Assembly: GCA_965216655.1 (NCBI GenBank)
Contig: CBDCGP010000022.1
Span: 38,166-102,165, forward strand
Reading direction: 5' to 3'
Origin: Acidimicrobiales bacterium
GTDB lineage: Bacteria; Actinomycetota; Acidimicrobiia; Acidimicrobiales; SZUA-35
Length of the DNA: 64,000 bases
The translations under genes were made by a program, and so were the position numbers. Shown piece after piece: positions 53,777-62,304 of the stretch (position 1 is the first letter of the stretch; every line of letters starts with the position of its first letter). The notes below the pieces were generated by a model. That model was not told where the DNA came from. It saw nothing but the letters and a program-made list of their open reading frames with translations, and did no database searches.

Positions 53777-55247
53777 AGAACTCGTCCCAGTCGGCCTGTA
53801 TGTCGGTGAGGAACTGCTCGGCGGTGATCTGGTCGCCGAGCAACTCCTGGGTCTTTGCGGTCAAGGTGTCGAACATGGTGTCGGTGGTCCAGTCCGCATA
53901 GAGCGTCACGCCCTCGTCCTCGATCACCTCACCGGCCCCGGCGATGACGTCGGCGAGGAGGCCGTCGGCCTCGATGGCGGCGTCACGGGCGGGCACCCGG
54001 CCCACGGCGGCGAGCTCGGGGGCGAACTCCTCGCTCATCATCAGGTTGATGAAGGCGGCACCCAGATCGGGGTGCTCCGACTTGGAGGTGATGTGCCACG
54101 GCAGGGCGAGCGCCGCCGTGCCGCCGACGATGCCGCTCGGGCCGACGGGCATGGCGAAGTAGCCGACGTTGTCGCCCATCGTCTCGCTCAACGTCGCCGT
54201 GTTCCAGTTGCCGCCGATGAGGAACACGCCTTCACCCCCCGAGAACGCAGCGACCGAGTCGTCCCACCCGATGCCGTTGACACCCTCGGGGAAGTAGCCG
54301 GCGTCCCGCCACTCGACGAAGGTGTCGGCGGCCTGCTGCTCGGTGTCGGTGAGCACCGTCGATCCCGGTTCGCCGAAGACCCAGTCGCGGATCTCGGGCG
54401 CCGGGCGGTAGGCGGCCTGCACCATGCCGTAGACGTGCAGCGCCGGCCAGCCCTCGGCGTTGCCGAGCTGGATCGGGACTTCACCGGCGTCCTTGGCGTC
54501 GGCCAGAAGACCCTCGAACTCCTCGAAGGTTGCCGGCACCGTCCCGCCGATCGCCTCGAGCTTCTCCTTGTTGTAGTAGACGCCGACGAACTCGGCGACC
54601 GCCGAGATACCCCACAGCCGGCCCTGGCCGAAGTCGGTGCCGGACTCGTCGAAGCGGTACTGGTCGAGCGTGCCGGACCCGAAGGCCTCCTCCCACCCGT
54701 ACTCCGCGGCGTAGTCGTCGAGCGGGATGATCAGATCACCCTGCACGAGCAGACCGTCGATCGTGTAGCCCTGGTTGCCGTGGGCCACGTCGGGCGGATC
54801 GTCGCTCTGGAGAATGCCCGGCGCGATCTGCATGTAGTCGTCGAAGGCTCGCAGCGTCACGTCGACGGTGACGTTGGGATACTGCTCGGTGAAGATCTCC
54901 GTGGCCCGCTCGAGGGTGGCTTCGTCGCCGGCCTCGGCCAGCACCGTCAGGGTGACGTCGCCGAGGTCCTCGAAGCCGTCGGTTTGGATGCCGTCGGCGG
55001 CGCCCTCGTCGGCACCGTCGTCGCCGTCACCTTCCCCGTCGTCGGCGCTCTCGTCGGCGCCGTCGTCGGAGCTGTCGCCGTCGTCAGTACTTGCCGCCTC
55101 GTCGGTGTCGGTCTGGGCGGCGCCGTCGTCGGCATCGCCGTCGTCACTCCCGCAGGCGGCGGCGGTCAGCGCCAAGGCGACGATCACCGCGACCATCGTC
55201 CACCATCTCGACCGGCGCCCTGATCGTTTCCACGTCTCAGTACTCAC
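53766..55247 (-). CDS. ABC transporter extracellular solute-binding lipoprotein (sugar family) with long acidic linker
   Basis: GTG start. The lipobox is VIVALALTAAACGS. A ~65-aa Asp/Gly/Ala/Glu-rich linker is followed by an SBP_bac_1-like body. Confidence 0.85.
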   Translation of the reverse strand: MSTETWKRSGRRSRWWTMVAVIVALALTAAACGSDDGDADDGAAQTDTDEAASTDDGDSSDDGADESADDGEGDGDDGADEGAADGIQTDGFEDLGDVTLTVLAEAGDEATLERATEIFTEQYPNVTVDVTLRAFDDYMQIAPGILQSDDPPDVAHGNQGYTIDGLLVQGDLIIPLDDYAAEYGWEEAFGSGTLDQYRFDESGTDFGQGRLWGISAVAEFVGVYYNKEKLEAIGGTVPATFEEFEGLLADAKDAGEVPIQLGNAEGWPALHVYGMVQAAYRPAPEIRDWVFGEPGSTVLTDTEQQAADTFVEWRDAGYFPEGVNGIGWDDSVAAFSGGEGVFLIGGNWNTATLSETMGDNVGYFAMPVGPSGIVGGTAALALPWHITSKSEHPDLGAAFINLMMSEEFAPELAAVGRVPARDAAIEADGLLADVIAGAGEVIEDEGVTLYADWTTDTMFDTLTAKTQELLGDQITAEQFLTDIQADWDEFFAE

Positions 55248-55317
55248 AGCTATCTCCCTTTCGCCGACGCTCGATATCCGCCGACACCGACATCCTCAGA
55301 CACGAGTGGTACTCGCT

Positions 55318-55339
55318 CTGGTATGTTTTATCAGACCAG
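55318..55339. promoter_or_regulatory. 22-bp palindromic operator (GntR/HutC-type) between the SBP and GntR genes
   Basis: CTGGTATG-ttttat-CAGACCAG. A second small palindrome, CGAGTggtACTCG, lies at 55303-15. The site is near-identical to the one at 59371-92. Confidence 0.55.
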
Positions 55340-55369
55340 ATGTCGCCACGTCAACGAGAATGAAACCAG

Positions 55370-56146
55370 TTGGCGGCTGTGGTATGCTCACGAATCGTGA
55401 GTGCGTTCGCTGTTCCCTCCGTCGATCCCGACGCACCGCAGTCGGCCGCTCTGCAGGCGTATCGCATCCTCGAACGAGCGGTGGGTGACCGCATCCTGGC
55501 GCCTGGAACCCGCCTGCCGTCCGAGCGGGAGCTGGCCCAGCAGCTCGGCGTCAGTCGATCGACGCTGCGAAATGTACTGGCGGCGCTGTCCGACGCCGAT
55601 CTGGTCGAAGCCAGCCCACAACGAGGCTGGTTCGTGACCGACGGGCCGATCTCGGATCCGCCCAACGAGCTGATCAGCTTCACCGAGAGCGCCCGGCGTC
55701 GAGGCATCGTCGCGGGCGCCCGTGTGCTCGAAACATCCATCCGGTCGATCACGCTCGCTGAACAGGACGAGCTGAGGGCCGCACCCGGCACCGAGATACT
55801 CGAGGTCCACCGCCTCCGCACGCTCGACGGCACGCCGGTGTGTGTCGACACGACGTGCATCGTGGCCAGCCGGGTTCCGGGCCTGACCGAGGTCGACCTC
55901 AACGGTGTCTCGCTGTTCGAGGCCATGGGCAACACGACCGGAGGGCGGCCGGTCCGGTCCGACTACGTGCTCCACGCCGACGGGGCCGACGTACGCTGTG
56001 CCGAGCTGCTCGGCATCGAGGTCGGTGCGCCGGTGCTGGTCGGGCGCGAGCTGGCCTACGGCCAGGACGGCGAGCCCCTGCTCACCGCCCATCTCGTCTA
56101 CCGGGCCGACGCCTACTCGTTTCGGGCCACCCTGTACGGGCACTGA
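55370..56146 (+). CDS. GntR-family (HutC/UTRA subfamily) transcriptional regulator; start uncertain (GTG 55397 possible)
   Basis: The wHTH is LPSERELAQQLGVSRSTLRNVLAALSDADLVEASPQRGWFV. A UTRA-like C-terminal effector domain follows. Confidence 0.85.
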   Translation: MAAVVCSRIVSAFAVPSVDPDAPQSAALQAYRILERAVGDRILAPGTRLPSERELAQQLGVSRSTLRNVLAALSDADLVEASPQRGWFVTDGPISDPPNELISFTESARRRGIVAGARVLETSIRSITLAEQDELRAAPGTEILEVHRLRTLDGTPVCVDTTCIVASRVPGLTEVDLNGVSLFEAMGNTTGGRPVRSDYVLHADGADVRCAELLGIEVGAPVLVGRELAYGQDGEPLLTAHLVYRADAYSFRATLYGH

Positions 56147-56167
56147 GCCGGCGTCGATGAGTTGCCG

Positions 56168-57091
56168 ATGAGCGATCCCGATCACGAACACGACCAGGTG
56201 CCGGCCGCTCGCCCACCTCGGCGCGCCACCCCGCGGCCCACCTACGACGTGCCGACCCGAATCGACGCCGGCCACGCCGACCGGCACCTGTGGGGCGACG
56301 ACGAATCCGGGTTCGTCGTCGATCTCGTCTACCTCTCCTCCGAGAACCTCCACGTTCTCGACTTCTCGCTCCCGCCTGGCGGCCGGTTCGGCCACTCGCC
56401 GGACAACCCCACGATCTTCGCCGCCGACGAGCTGCTCTTCGTGCGTGACGGTTCGCTCATGCTGTCCGACCCGGAGACCGGTGAGCACCAGGTCGTCCAC
56501 GCCGGCGAGGCGGTGTTCTTCGAGCGCGACACCTGGCACCACGGTCGGGCCGGCGGCGACACAGGCGTGCGTGTTCTCGAGTTCTTCGCGCCCACGCCGG
56601 CGGCCGGTGCGTCCAGTGCCTACGCCAAGCAGCAGCCCTACCTCACATCGACCGAGCACGTTGATCGACGGATCTTCGATCGGTGGCCCGCGAACGCAGC
56701 CGCCCTCACCGAGGCTCGACGACTCCACCCGCTGCGAGAACACGATCTCGCCCACGCCCATCGTGACGATCTCGAGATCGCCTTCTTCGCCGCCACCGAA
56801 CACCTGACGGTGGCCCGCTGCCTGCTGCGAGCCGGCACGTCGTCGCCGCCCGAACGTCACCCCGGCGAAGAGTTTGTGCTGGTCCTGTCCGGCGAGCTGA
56901 CGATCCGGACCCCGACCGCCGAGGCGGCCAACTGCCTGTTCCTCCACACCGGCGACGCCGCCGTACTCCCGCCGGATACGCCCCACTCCTATGTCGCCAC
57001 CGGCAACGAGCCTGCGATCTGGATCACCGGCGTCGGCCCGGGTTGGCGCGACCCGGACGACATCTGGCCGAGCGGCGACACCGTGTCGTGA
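56168..57091 (+). CDS. Bicupin-domain protein
   Basis: There are two cupin-like halves (..LPPGGRFGHSPDNPTIFAADELLFVRDGSLML..GEAVFFERDTWHHG.. and ..RAGTSSPPERHPGEEFVLVLSGELTIRT..GDAAVLPPDTPHSY). Confidence 0.55.
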   Translation: MSDPDHEHDQVPAARPPRRATPRPTYDVPTRIDAGHADRHLWGDDESGFVVDLVYLSSENLHVLDFSLPPGGRFGHSPDNPTIFAADELLFVRDGSLMLSDPETGEHQVVHAGEAVFFERDTWHHGRAGGDTGVRVLEFFAPTPAAGASSAYAKQQPYLTSTEHVDRRIFDRWPANAAALTEARRLHPLREHDLAHAHRDDLEIAFFAATEHLTVARCLLRAGTSSPPERHPGEEFVLVLSGELTIRTPTAEAANCLFLHTGDAAVLPPDTPHSYVATGNEPAIWITGVGPGWRDPDDIWPSGDTVS

Positions 57092-57984
57092 ACCGGTTCG
57101 CCGTCGGTATCGACGTCGGCGGTACCAAGATCGCCGGTGCGATCGTCGACACCGACGGTTCCCCGGTGGCGACGGTGACCGCCCCAACGCCGCGAGGCCC
57201 CGGCGGTGCCGACCCCGGCGGCGTGGGCACCGCCAGGACGCTCGCCACGCTGTTCGACCGGGCGCACGCCATGGGCGCGTCGGTGACAGCGGCGGCCATC
57301 GGTGTGCCCGAGTACGTCGATCGGACCGGTCGTATCACGAGCGACCTCGTCCTCGACTGGGGGATCGACGACGCAACCGTCTGCCCGACTGCCATCGCCG
57401 AGGCGGTGCGTGAGGTCGATGTCACCTTCGGCTCGGACGTGCGGTACGCCGCGCTGGCCGAAAGCCACGTCGGGCGTGGTCGTGATGCCGGCAGTTTCCT
57501 CTACGTCACCGTCGGAACCGGTATCTCCCACGCCCTCGTCATCGACGGAGTGGTCTGGGAGGGACACCGGGGCGAGGCGATCGCCCTCGGCGAGCTGGCC
57601 GTGTGCGAGCCAACGCGACCCGAAGCGCCGGCCACCGTCGAGACGCAGGCGTCCGGCCTCGCGTTGGAGCACATCGCCGCCGAGCTCGGTGTGCCGGCCG
57701 ACGACGCCACCGATCCCCGCATGGACGACGCCCGCCGACGGGCCGGGTCGGTGGTTGCTTCGGCCATCGTGTCGGCAATCCTGCTCGTCGACCCGGAGCT
57801 GGTCGTCGTCGGCGGTGGCCTCGGCACGGCCGACTCGGCGTTCTTCGACGAGCTCGAGCGGCAGGTTCGGTCGGCGGCTTCGAGTCGCCCGCGACCGCCC
57901 CCGGTGCAGCGTGCGCTACTCGGCAGCCGCGCCGGCGTTGTCGGTGCCGGGCTTGCCGCCCACGACCTCGCAGCCGGCATCTGA
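57088..57984 (+). CDS. ROK-family sugar kinase
   Basis: GTG at 57088 overlaps the preceding stop. Sequence includes FAVGIDVGGTKIAGAIVD, the DxGxT motif, a ROK region (GRGRDAGSFLYVTVGTGISHALVIDGVVWEGHRGEAIALGE) and VVGGGLG. Confidence 0.85.
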   Translation: MNRFAVGIDVGGTKIAGAIVDTDGSPVATVTAPTPRGPGGADPGGVGTARTLATLFDRAHAMGASVTAAAIGVPEYVDRTGRITSDLVLDWGIDDATVCPTAIAEAVREVDVTFGSDVRYAALAESHVGRGRDAGSFLYVTVGTGISHALVIDGVVWEGHRGEAIALGELAVCEPTRPEAPATVETQASGLALEHIAAELGVPADDATDPRMDDARRRAGSVVASAIVSAILLVDPELVVVGGGLGTADSAFFDELERQVRSAASSRPRPPPVQRALLGSRAGVVGAGLAAHDLAAGI

Positions 57985-58027
57985 CCGGCCCCGCTCAGCA
58001 TTGCGCCGCCCGAGCGGGCGCCCAATC

Positions 58028-59329
58028 CTACGCCGGAATCAACCGAGCGGGCAGGTGCTCGCGGTGGGCGTGTGCCATCTCGGCGTACAGTGCTTCGGCC
58101 ACCTCGATCGAGCGCACGAGCGGGTGCGCCGCCAAGGCCTGAACGGCCTCTCGATGGGTGCCGTTCCACGCCGCGTCGGCTGCCGCCTGCTGGTAGTTGC
58201 CGAGGTTCTCGACCAGGCCGAGTACGTGGGGCGGCAAGTCGGGCATCGGGATGGGTTCGACCCCGGCCCGGTCGCACCGGCCGAGCGTTTCGACCACGAG
58301 CGAATCGGGCAGGCACCCGATCGTGCCGGCGTTCGGAACGTTGACGGTCATCACCTCGGCCCGGTCGTTGAACACGGCGTCCATGCAGTCCAGTGCCAGT
58401 TCGAGCTCATGGATTCCGCCACGGGATCGGTTGGGATCGAGGGTCGGGTCGTCGGAGTGCGCCTGTTCCCGGTAGTGCTCCCAGTAGCCGGGCACCTCGG
58501 CGAGGATGTCCTCCGAGCGGGTGGTCGGTTTGGCCTGCAACTGCTCGAGGATCTCGCGCTCGAAGTAGTAGTACTGAAAGTAGCCACTCGGGATCGAACC
58601 CATGGTGGCGGCGAGGTGGAGCATCCGTCGGAGTTGGTCGGTGAGGCCGGCGTGGCGTTCGACGTCGTCCCACGCATCCTCGAGGAGCGGGATCATCGGC
58701 TTGCCGTCGTACTTGTGATGCACCGACCAGGAGCCGTGGTTGAGCCCGATGCTGGCGACGTCGACCTTGTCGGGGTCGAGGCCGAGCGCGGCGGCCAGCT
58801 CCCGTGGGTACTCGATCGGTCCCTCGCAGAGTGAGACGATGGGTATCTCGGAGTGGTCGGCCACCGCCTGCGAGACGATGTTCACAGGATTCGTGTAGTT
58901 GAAGACCATGGCCGACGGACACGCGGCGGCGATGTCGTCGAGAATGGGCTGCATCGCCGTGATCGAACGGAGAGCCATGAAGAACCCGCCCGGCCCCTGG
59001 GTTTCCTGGCCGATGACGCCGTGGTCGAGAGGGAGCCGTTCGTCGATCACCCGGGCCTCGAATCCGCCCGGCCGATAGCTGGTCAGCACGGCATCGGCGT
59101 CGGCGAGACCGGCGCGGCGGTCGGTGGTGGCGGTCACGTTGATGTCGAGCCCTCGGGCCGCCATCATCCGGCGTGAGATCGTCTCGATCAGCGCCAGCCG
59201 TTCCGGGTCGAGGTCGATGAGCACGATCTCGGACCCGTCGAAGTTCTCCCCCTGGTGGGCGAGGCTGGCCATGGTGCCTGCTGCCCTCGTCGAGCCACCG
59301 CCGATGTACGCCAACTTGATGCGGGCCAT
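58028..59329 (-). CDS. Glycoside hydrolase family 4 (NAD+/Mn2+-dependent 6-phospho-glycosidase/glycosidase)
   Basis: In-frame ATG at 59329. The N-terminus is MARIKLAYIGGGSTRAAG (Rossmann fold). Sequence also includes QETQGPGGFFMALRSI, NYTNPVNIVSQA and VSLCEGP. Confidence 0.8.
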   Translation of the reverse strand: MARIKLAYIGGGSTRAAGTMASLAHQGENFDGSEIVLIDLDPERLALIETISRRMMAARGLDINVTATTDRRAGLADADAVLTSYRPGGFEARVIDERLPLDHGVIGQETQGPGGFFMALRSITAMQPILDDIAAACPSAMVFNYTNPVNIVSQAVADHSEIPIVSLCEGPIEYPRELAAALGLDPDKVDVASIGLNHGSWSVHHKYDGKPMIPLLEDAWDDVERHAGLTDQLRRMLHLAATMGSIPSGYFQYYYFEREILEQLQAKPTTRSEDILAEVPGYWEHYREQAHSDDPTLDPNRSRGGIHELELALDCMDAVFNDRAEVMTVNVPNAGTIGCLPDSLVVETLGRCDRAGVEPIPMPDLPPHVLGLVENLGNYQQAAADAAWNGTHREAVQALAAHPLVRSIEVAEALYAEMAHAHREHLPARLIPA

Positions 59330-59370
59330 GAAGCCTCCCGAACTCGGAGCCGTCGCCAGGCGGCTCACCA

Positions 59371-59392
59371 CTGGTATGGACTATCATACCAG
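59371..59392. promoter_or_regulatory. 22-bp perfect palindromic operator between the divergent GH4 and BadF-type kinase genes
   Basis: CTGGTATG-gactat-CATACCAG ends 1 nt before the kinase ATG (59394) and lies 42 nt upstream of the GH4 start. Confidence 0.55.
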
Positions 59393-59393
59393 T

Positions 59394-60404
59394 ATGTCCT
59401 CTGATCAGACCAGTCCGGACCTTGCGATTGCGGTCGATGGCGGGAACACGAAGACGATTGCGGTCATCGTCACGACCGACCTCGAGGTGGTCGGCGTCGG
59501 GATCGGAGGTTGCACCGACATCTACAATGCGCAGTCACCGGCTGCAGCCTGCGCCGAGTTGTCGCGCGTCATCCGCAGCGCCCTGTCGGACGCCGGATGC
59601 GAAGCGGGCTCGCTCGACGCCGGTGTCTTCTCGCTCGCCGGCGCCGACTGGCCGGAGGATCATGAGCTGCTGGTCGATCACCTGTCGGGTGACTTCGATT
59701 TCGACCTCGACGGTCCCCCGCTGGTGGTCAACGATGCCATCGGCGGGCTGCGGGTGGGCGCGCCCGACTGGGAGGGCATGTCCGTGATCTGCGGTACCGG
59801 GAACGCGGTCGCCGCTCGTCGTCGAGACGGCACGGCGTTCCACGTCGGGTTCTGGCCCGACGTCGTTGGTGCGCCCCAGCTGAGCCGGGACGCACTCAAC
59901 GCCGTCTACCGGGATCACCTCGATCTCGGCCCGCCTACGTCGCTCACCGGGCGGGCGCTCGAGGCCTATCAGTGTTCCGAGCCATTCGAGCTGCTCCACT
60001 TGTTCACCAGGCGCGGCGGGCTCGGGCCCACGGAACTCGTGAGAATGAGCCCGATCCTGCTCGACGAAGCCGACGCCGGCGATGCCGTCGCCCTTGACCT
60101 CGTGACCACGGCGGGGCGCAACCTCGGGCGGCAGGCCCGCGCCTGTGCCACTCAGGTCGGGCTGCCGGTGGCCGGCACCATCGTCGTGATGGGCGGTGGG
60201 GTCTTCCAGCACCCCACGTCGTTGCTGGAGGCGAATGTAATGGCCGAACTCGACGGCGCAATCCCGGTGCGCATGGCCTGTCCTCCGGTGGTGGGAGCGA
60301 TGATGGCCGCCCTCGATCGCCTCGGCATCTGCTCCTCGGCCGATGCTCTGCACCGCTCGCTGAAGGCACGGATCGACGTGGTAGTACCCGAACTACTACC
60401 ATAG
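59394..60404 (+). CDS. BadF/BadG/BcrA/BcrD-type ATPase (N-acetylglucosamine-kinase-like)
   Basis: In-frame ATG at 59394. Sequence includes LAIAVDGGNTKTIAVIV, VICGTGNAVAARR and VVMGGGVFQH. Confidence 0.7.
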   Translation: MSSDQTSPDLAIAVDGGNTKTIAVIVTTDLEVVGVGIGGCTDIYNAQSPAAACAELSRVIRSALSDAGCEAGSLDAGVFSLAGADWPEDHELLVDHLSGDFDFDLDGPPLVVNDAIGGLRVGAPDWEGMSVICGTGNAVAARRRDGTAFHVGFWPDVVGAPQLSRDALNAVYRDHLDLGPPTSLTGRALEAYQCSEPFELLHLFTRRGGLGPTELVRMSPILLDEADAGDAVALDLVTTAGRNLGRQARACATQVGLPVAGTIVVMGGGVFQHPTSLLEANVMAELDGAIPVRMACPPVVGAMMAALDRLGICSSADALHRSLKARIDVVVPELLP

Positions 60405-60405
60405 T

Positions 60406-60630
60406 ATGGTGGCTAGTATGAAGCTCAGCGTGAGTATCCCCGAAGAAGACGTCGAATTTCTCGACGAGTACACAGCGACACATGGAGTTCCTTCACGGTC
60501 GGCTGCGCTCCAGCGAGCCATTCGTCTTCTGCGAGCGTCGGAGCTAGCCGAATCCTATGCGGCAGCATTCGCCGAGTGGGATGAAGACCCCGACGCCGTC
60601 ATCTGGGACGCCACAGCGGCCGATTCCTGA
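60406..60630 (+). CDS. mazE: Ribbon-helix-helix antitoxin (MazE/CopG-like); alternative start 60418
   Basis: MKLSVSIPEEDVEFLDEYTATHGVPSRSAALQRAIRLLR is an RHH motif. The acidic C-terminal tail is typical of antitoxins. GC content is visibly lower than in the neighbours. Confidence 0.7.
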   Translation: MVASMKLSVSIPEEDVEFLDEYTATHGVPSRSAALQRAIRLLRASELAESYAAAFAEWDEDPDAVIWDATAADS

Positions 60631-60631
60631 G

Positions 60632-60979
60632 ATGCGTCGACGTGACATTCACCTCGTCAATCTCGATCCTGTCGTTGGCAATGAAGCGTCCAAAACACGA
60701 CCGGGAGTCATAGTCAGCAATGACGGGGCCAACGCGACGGCGGTGCGACTCGGACGTGGCGTGGTGACGGTGGTACCGATCACCTCCAACGTCTCCCGAG
60801 TCTTTCAGTTTCAGGTGTTGTTGCCGAGCGAGGAAACCGGCCTGGACCGAGACTCCAAGGCGCAAGCCGAGCAGGTGCGCTCGGTCGCTATCGAACGAGT
60901 CGGCGCCAAGATCGGTAGCGTCCCGATCATCCTTATGTCCTCGCTGGACGAGGCCCTACGAGTCCACCTGGATCTCTAG
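60632..60979 (+). CDS. mazF: MazF/PemK-family endoribonuclease toxin
   Basis: The in-frame ATG at 60632 lies 1 nt after the antitoxin stop. RRDIHLVNLDPVVGNEASKTRPGVIVSND...VVTVVPITSN...DSKAQAEQVRSVAIERV is the canonical PemK pattern. Confidence 0.9.
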   Translation: MRRRDIHLVNLDPVVGNEASKTRPGVIVSNDGANATAVRLGRGVVTVVPITSNVSRVFQFQVLLPSEETGLDRDSKAQAEQVRSVAIERVGAKIGSVPIILMSSLDEALRVHLDL

Positions 60980-61049
60980 ATCATCAGCCGGCCTTGGTGT
61001 CGCCCTCACCGGTTTCCGCTCGCATCCCGATCGGGATCGACCGGCCCCG

Positions 61050-61099
61050 AGGTTTGGGCGATCCCGCGTCACTATGACACCAATATCCCCAAACTCTCG
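61050..61099 (+). repeat. Copy 2 of the duplicated leader element, here opening a 28-codon upstream ORF
   Basis: The sequence is AGGTTTGGGcgatcccGCGTCACTATGACACCaatatccCCAAACtctcg. It shares a 9-mer, a 16-mer and a 6-mer at identical spacing with 39935-39983. The ATG at 61074 opens MTPISPNSRFGSAEPVIKSPRPSTWLVT*, whose TGA (61158-60) overlaps the ATG at 61157 of the main ORF as ATGA. Confidence 0.7.
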
Positions 61100-61156
61100 G
61101 TTCGGATCCGCCGAACCCGTCATCAAGTCTCCGAGACCATCGACGTGGCTGGTGAC

Positions 61157-62251
61157 ATGAGCCATGATGGAGTCATGTCTCGGGGAGTCCTGCTGGTGGG
61201 GTCGATGCCCTTCGCCGACGAGGCGAAGGCCATGAGGATCGCGCTGGAGAGCGTCGGCCCGCACCTGAGATCACTGCCCGACGGGGAGATCGGTGAGCGT
61301 ACCGAGGCGTGCCCGGGCGGATCCCGATCGGCCTGGGTCCAGACGATCATGGACCGCTGCGAGGCCGACTCCCGGAACTGGGAGGTCAGCCGACTCACCC
61401 GGCGCAACGCCCGAGGGTACGCGGCCGACTACGAGTCGGGGCCGAAGCTGAAACCGAAGCACGGCCCTCGGGACGTGGTCGGATATCTCGACTTCGGCTG
61501 GGCCGAGGCGGCCAAGGGCAGCTACCCGACGTTCGTGCAACTGCGTGACGAGTTCGGACTCGACGATCTGAAGTTCCAGGTCGGGCTCCCCACCGGGCTC
61601 GGATCGACGTTCGCGATGATGGCGCCACTCAACGCCGTGCGCTACGCCGGTGCGTTCAGCCGGCGGATGGCGATCGAGGCCAACGAGATCGTCGGTTTCG
61701 TGGAGCCCGGCGATCTGGTGTTTCAGATCGAGGTTCCCGGCGAGCTGGCGCTGGCCTATCGTCTGCCCGATCCGCTGGTGAAGCTGGCGACACGGCCGGT
61801 CGTCTCGATGGTCCGTCAGATCGACGCCTCGGTGCCGGTCGGAGTTCATCTCTGCTTCGGAGATCTGAACAACGAGGCGTTGATCAAGGCGTCGTCGATC
61901 GACAAGGCCGTGGCCTTCGCCAACGCTTTGATCGCGGCCTGGCCGTCGTCGCACCACCTCGACTATGTGCACTTCCCACTGGCCGAGGCCGCCGATCCAC
62001 CACGGCTCGACCGCGCCTACTACGAGCCCCTGGCCGGCCTCGAGATGTCCGGTGACACGAGGTTCGTCGCCGGATTCGTCCACCCGAAACGCACCGACGA
62101 TGAGCTGCGAACCATCCTCGGCCACATCGAGTCGATACGAGGTGGACCGGTGGCCGTGGCGTCGTCGTGTGGGCTTGGTCGGGTCGACGAAGCGGCAGCA
62201 CGGCGAGCCATCGATGCCGCCGGAGCGCTGTGCGCACCGGAGCCCGAGTAG
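61157..62251 (+). CDS. MetE-fold (cobalamin-independent methionine synthase C-terminal/UROD-like) Zn-dependent transferase-like protein; start uncertain (61145/61157/61175)
   Basis: The candidate Zn-ligand pattern VGVHLCFGD ... VAVASSCGLGR resembles the H-x-C ... C-G-L pattern of Meth_synt_2 domains. No closer assignment is possible by eye. Confidence 0.5.
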   Translation: MSHDGVMSRGVLLVGSMPFADEAKAMRIALESVGPHLRSLPDGEIGERTEACPGGSRSAWVQTIMDRCEADSRNWEVSRLTRRNARGYAADYESGPKLKPKHGPRDVVGYLDFGWAEAAKGSYPTFVQLRDEFGLDDLKFQVGLPTGLGSTFAMMAPLNAVRYAGAFSRRMAIEANEIVGFVEPGDLVFQIEVPGELALAYRLPDPLVKLATRPVVSMVRQIDASVPVGVHLCFGDLNNEALIKASSIDKAVAFANALIAAWPSSHHLDYVHFPLAEAADPPRLDRAYYEPLAGLEMSGDTRFVAGFVHPKRTDDELRTILGHIESIRGGPVAVASSCGLGRVDEAAARRAIDAAGALCAPEPE

Positions 62252-62304
62252 CAGGGCGCCGATAGACGAGGAATACATCGGCCGGGCGGTCGTGTTTCCT
62301 TGTC

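Noticed and set aside
53547-57187. Long ORFs 53547..55223 (+, 558 aa) and 55388..57187 (-, 599 aa)
   Set aside because: They are shadow ORFs opposite the solute-binding protein gene and the GntR, bicupin and ROK genes respectively. They have no recognisable domains.
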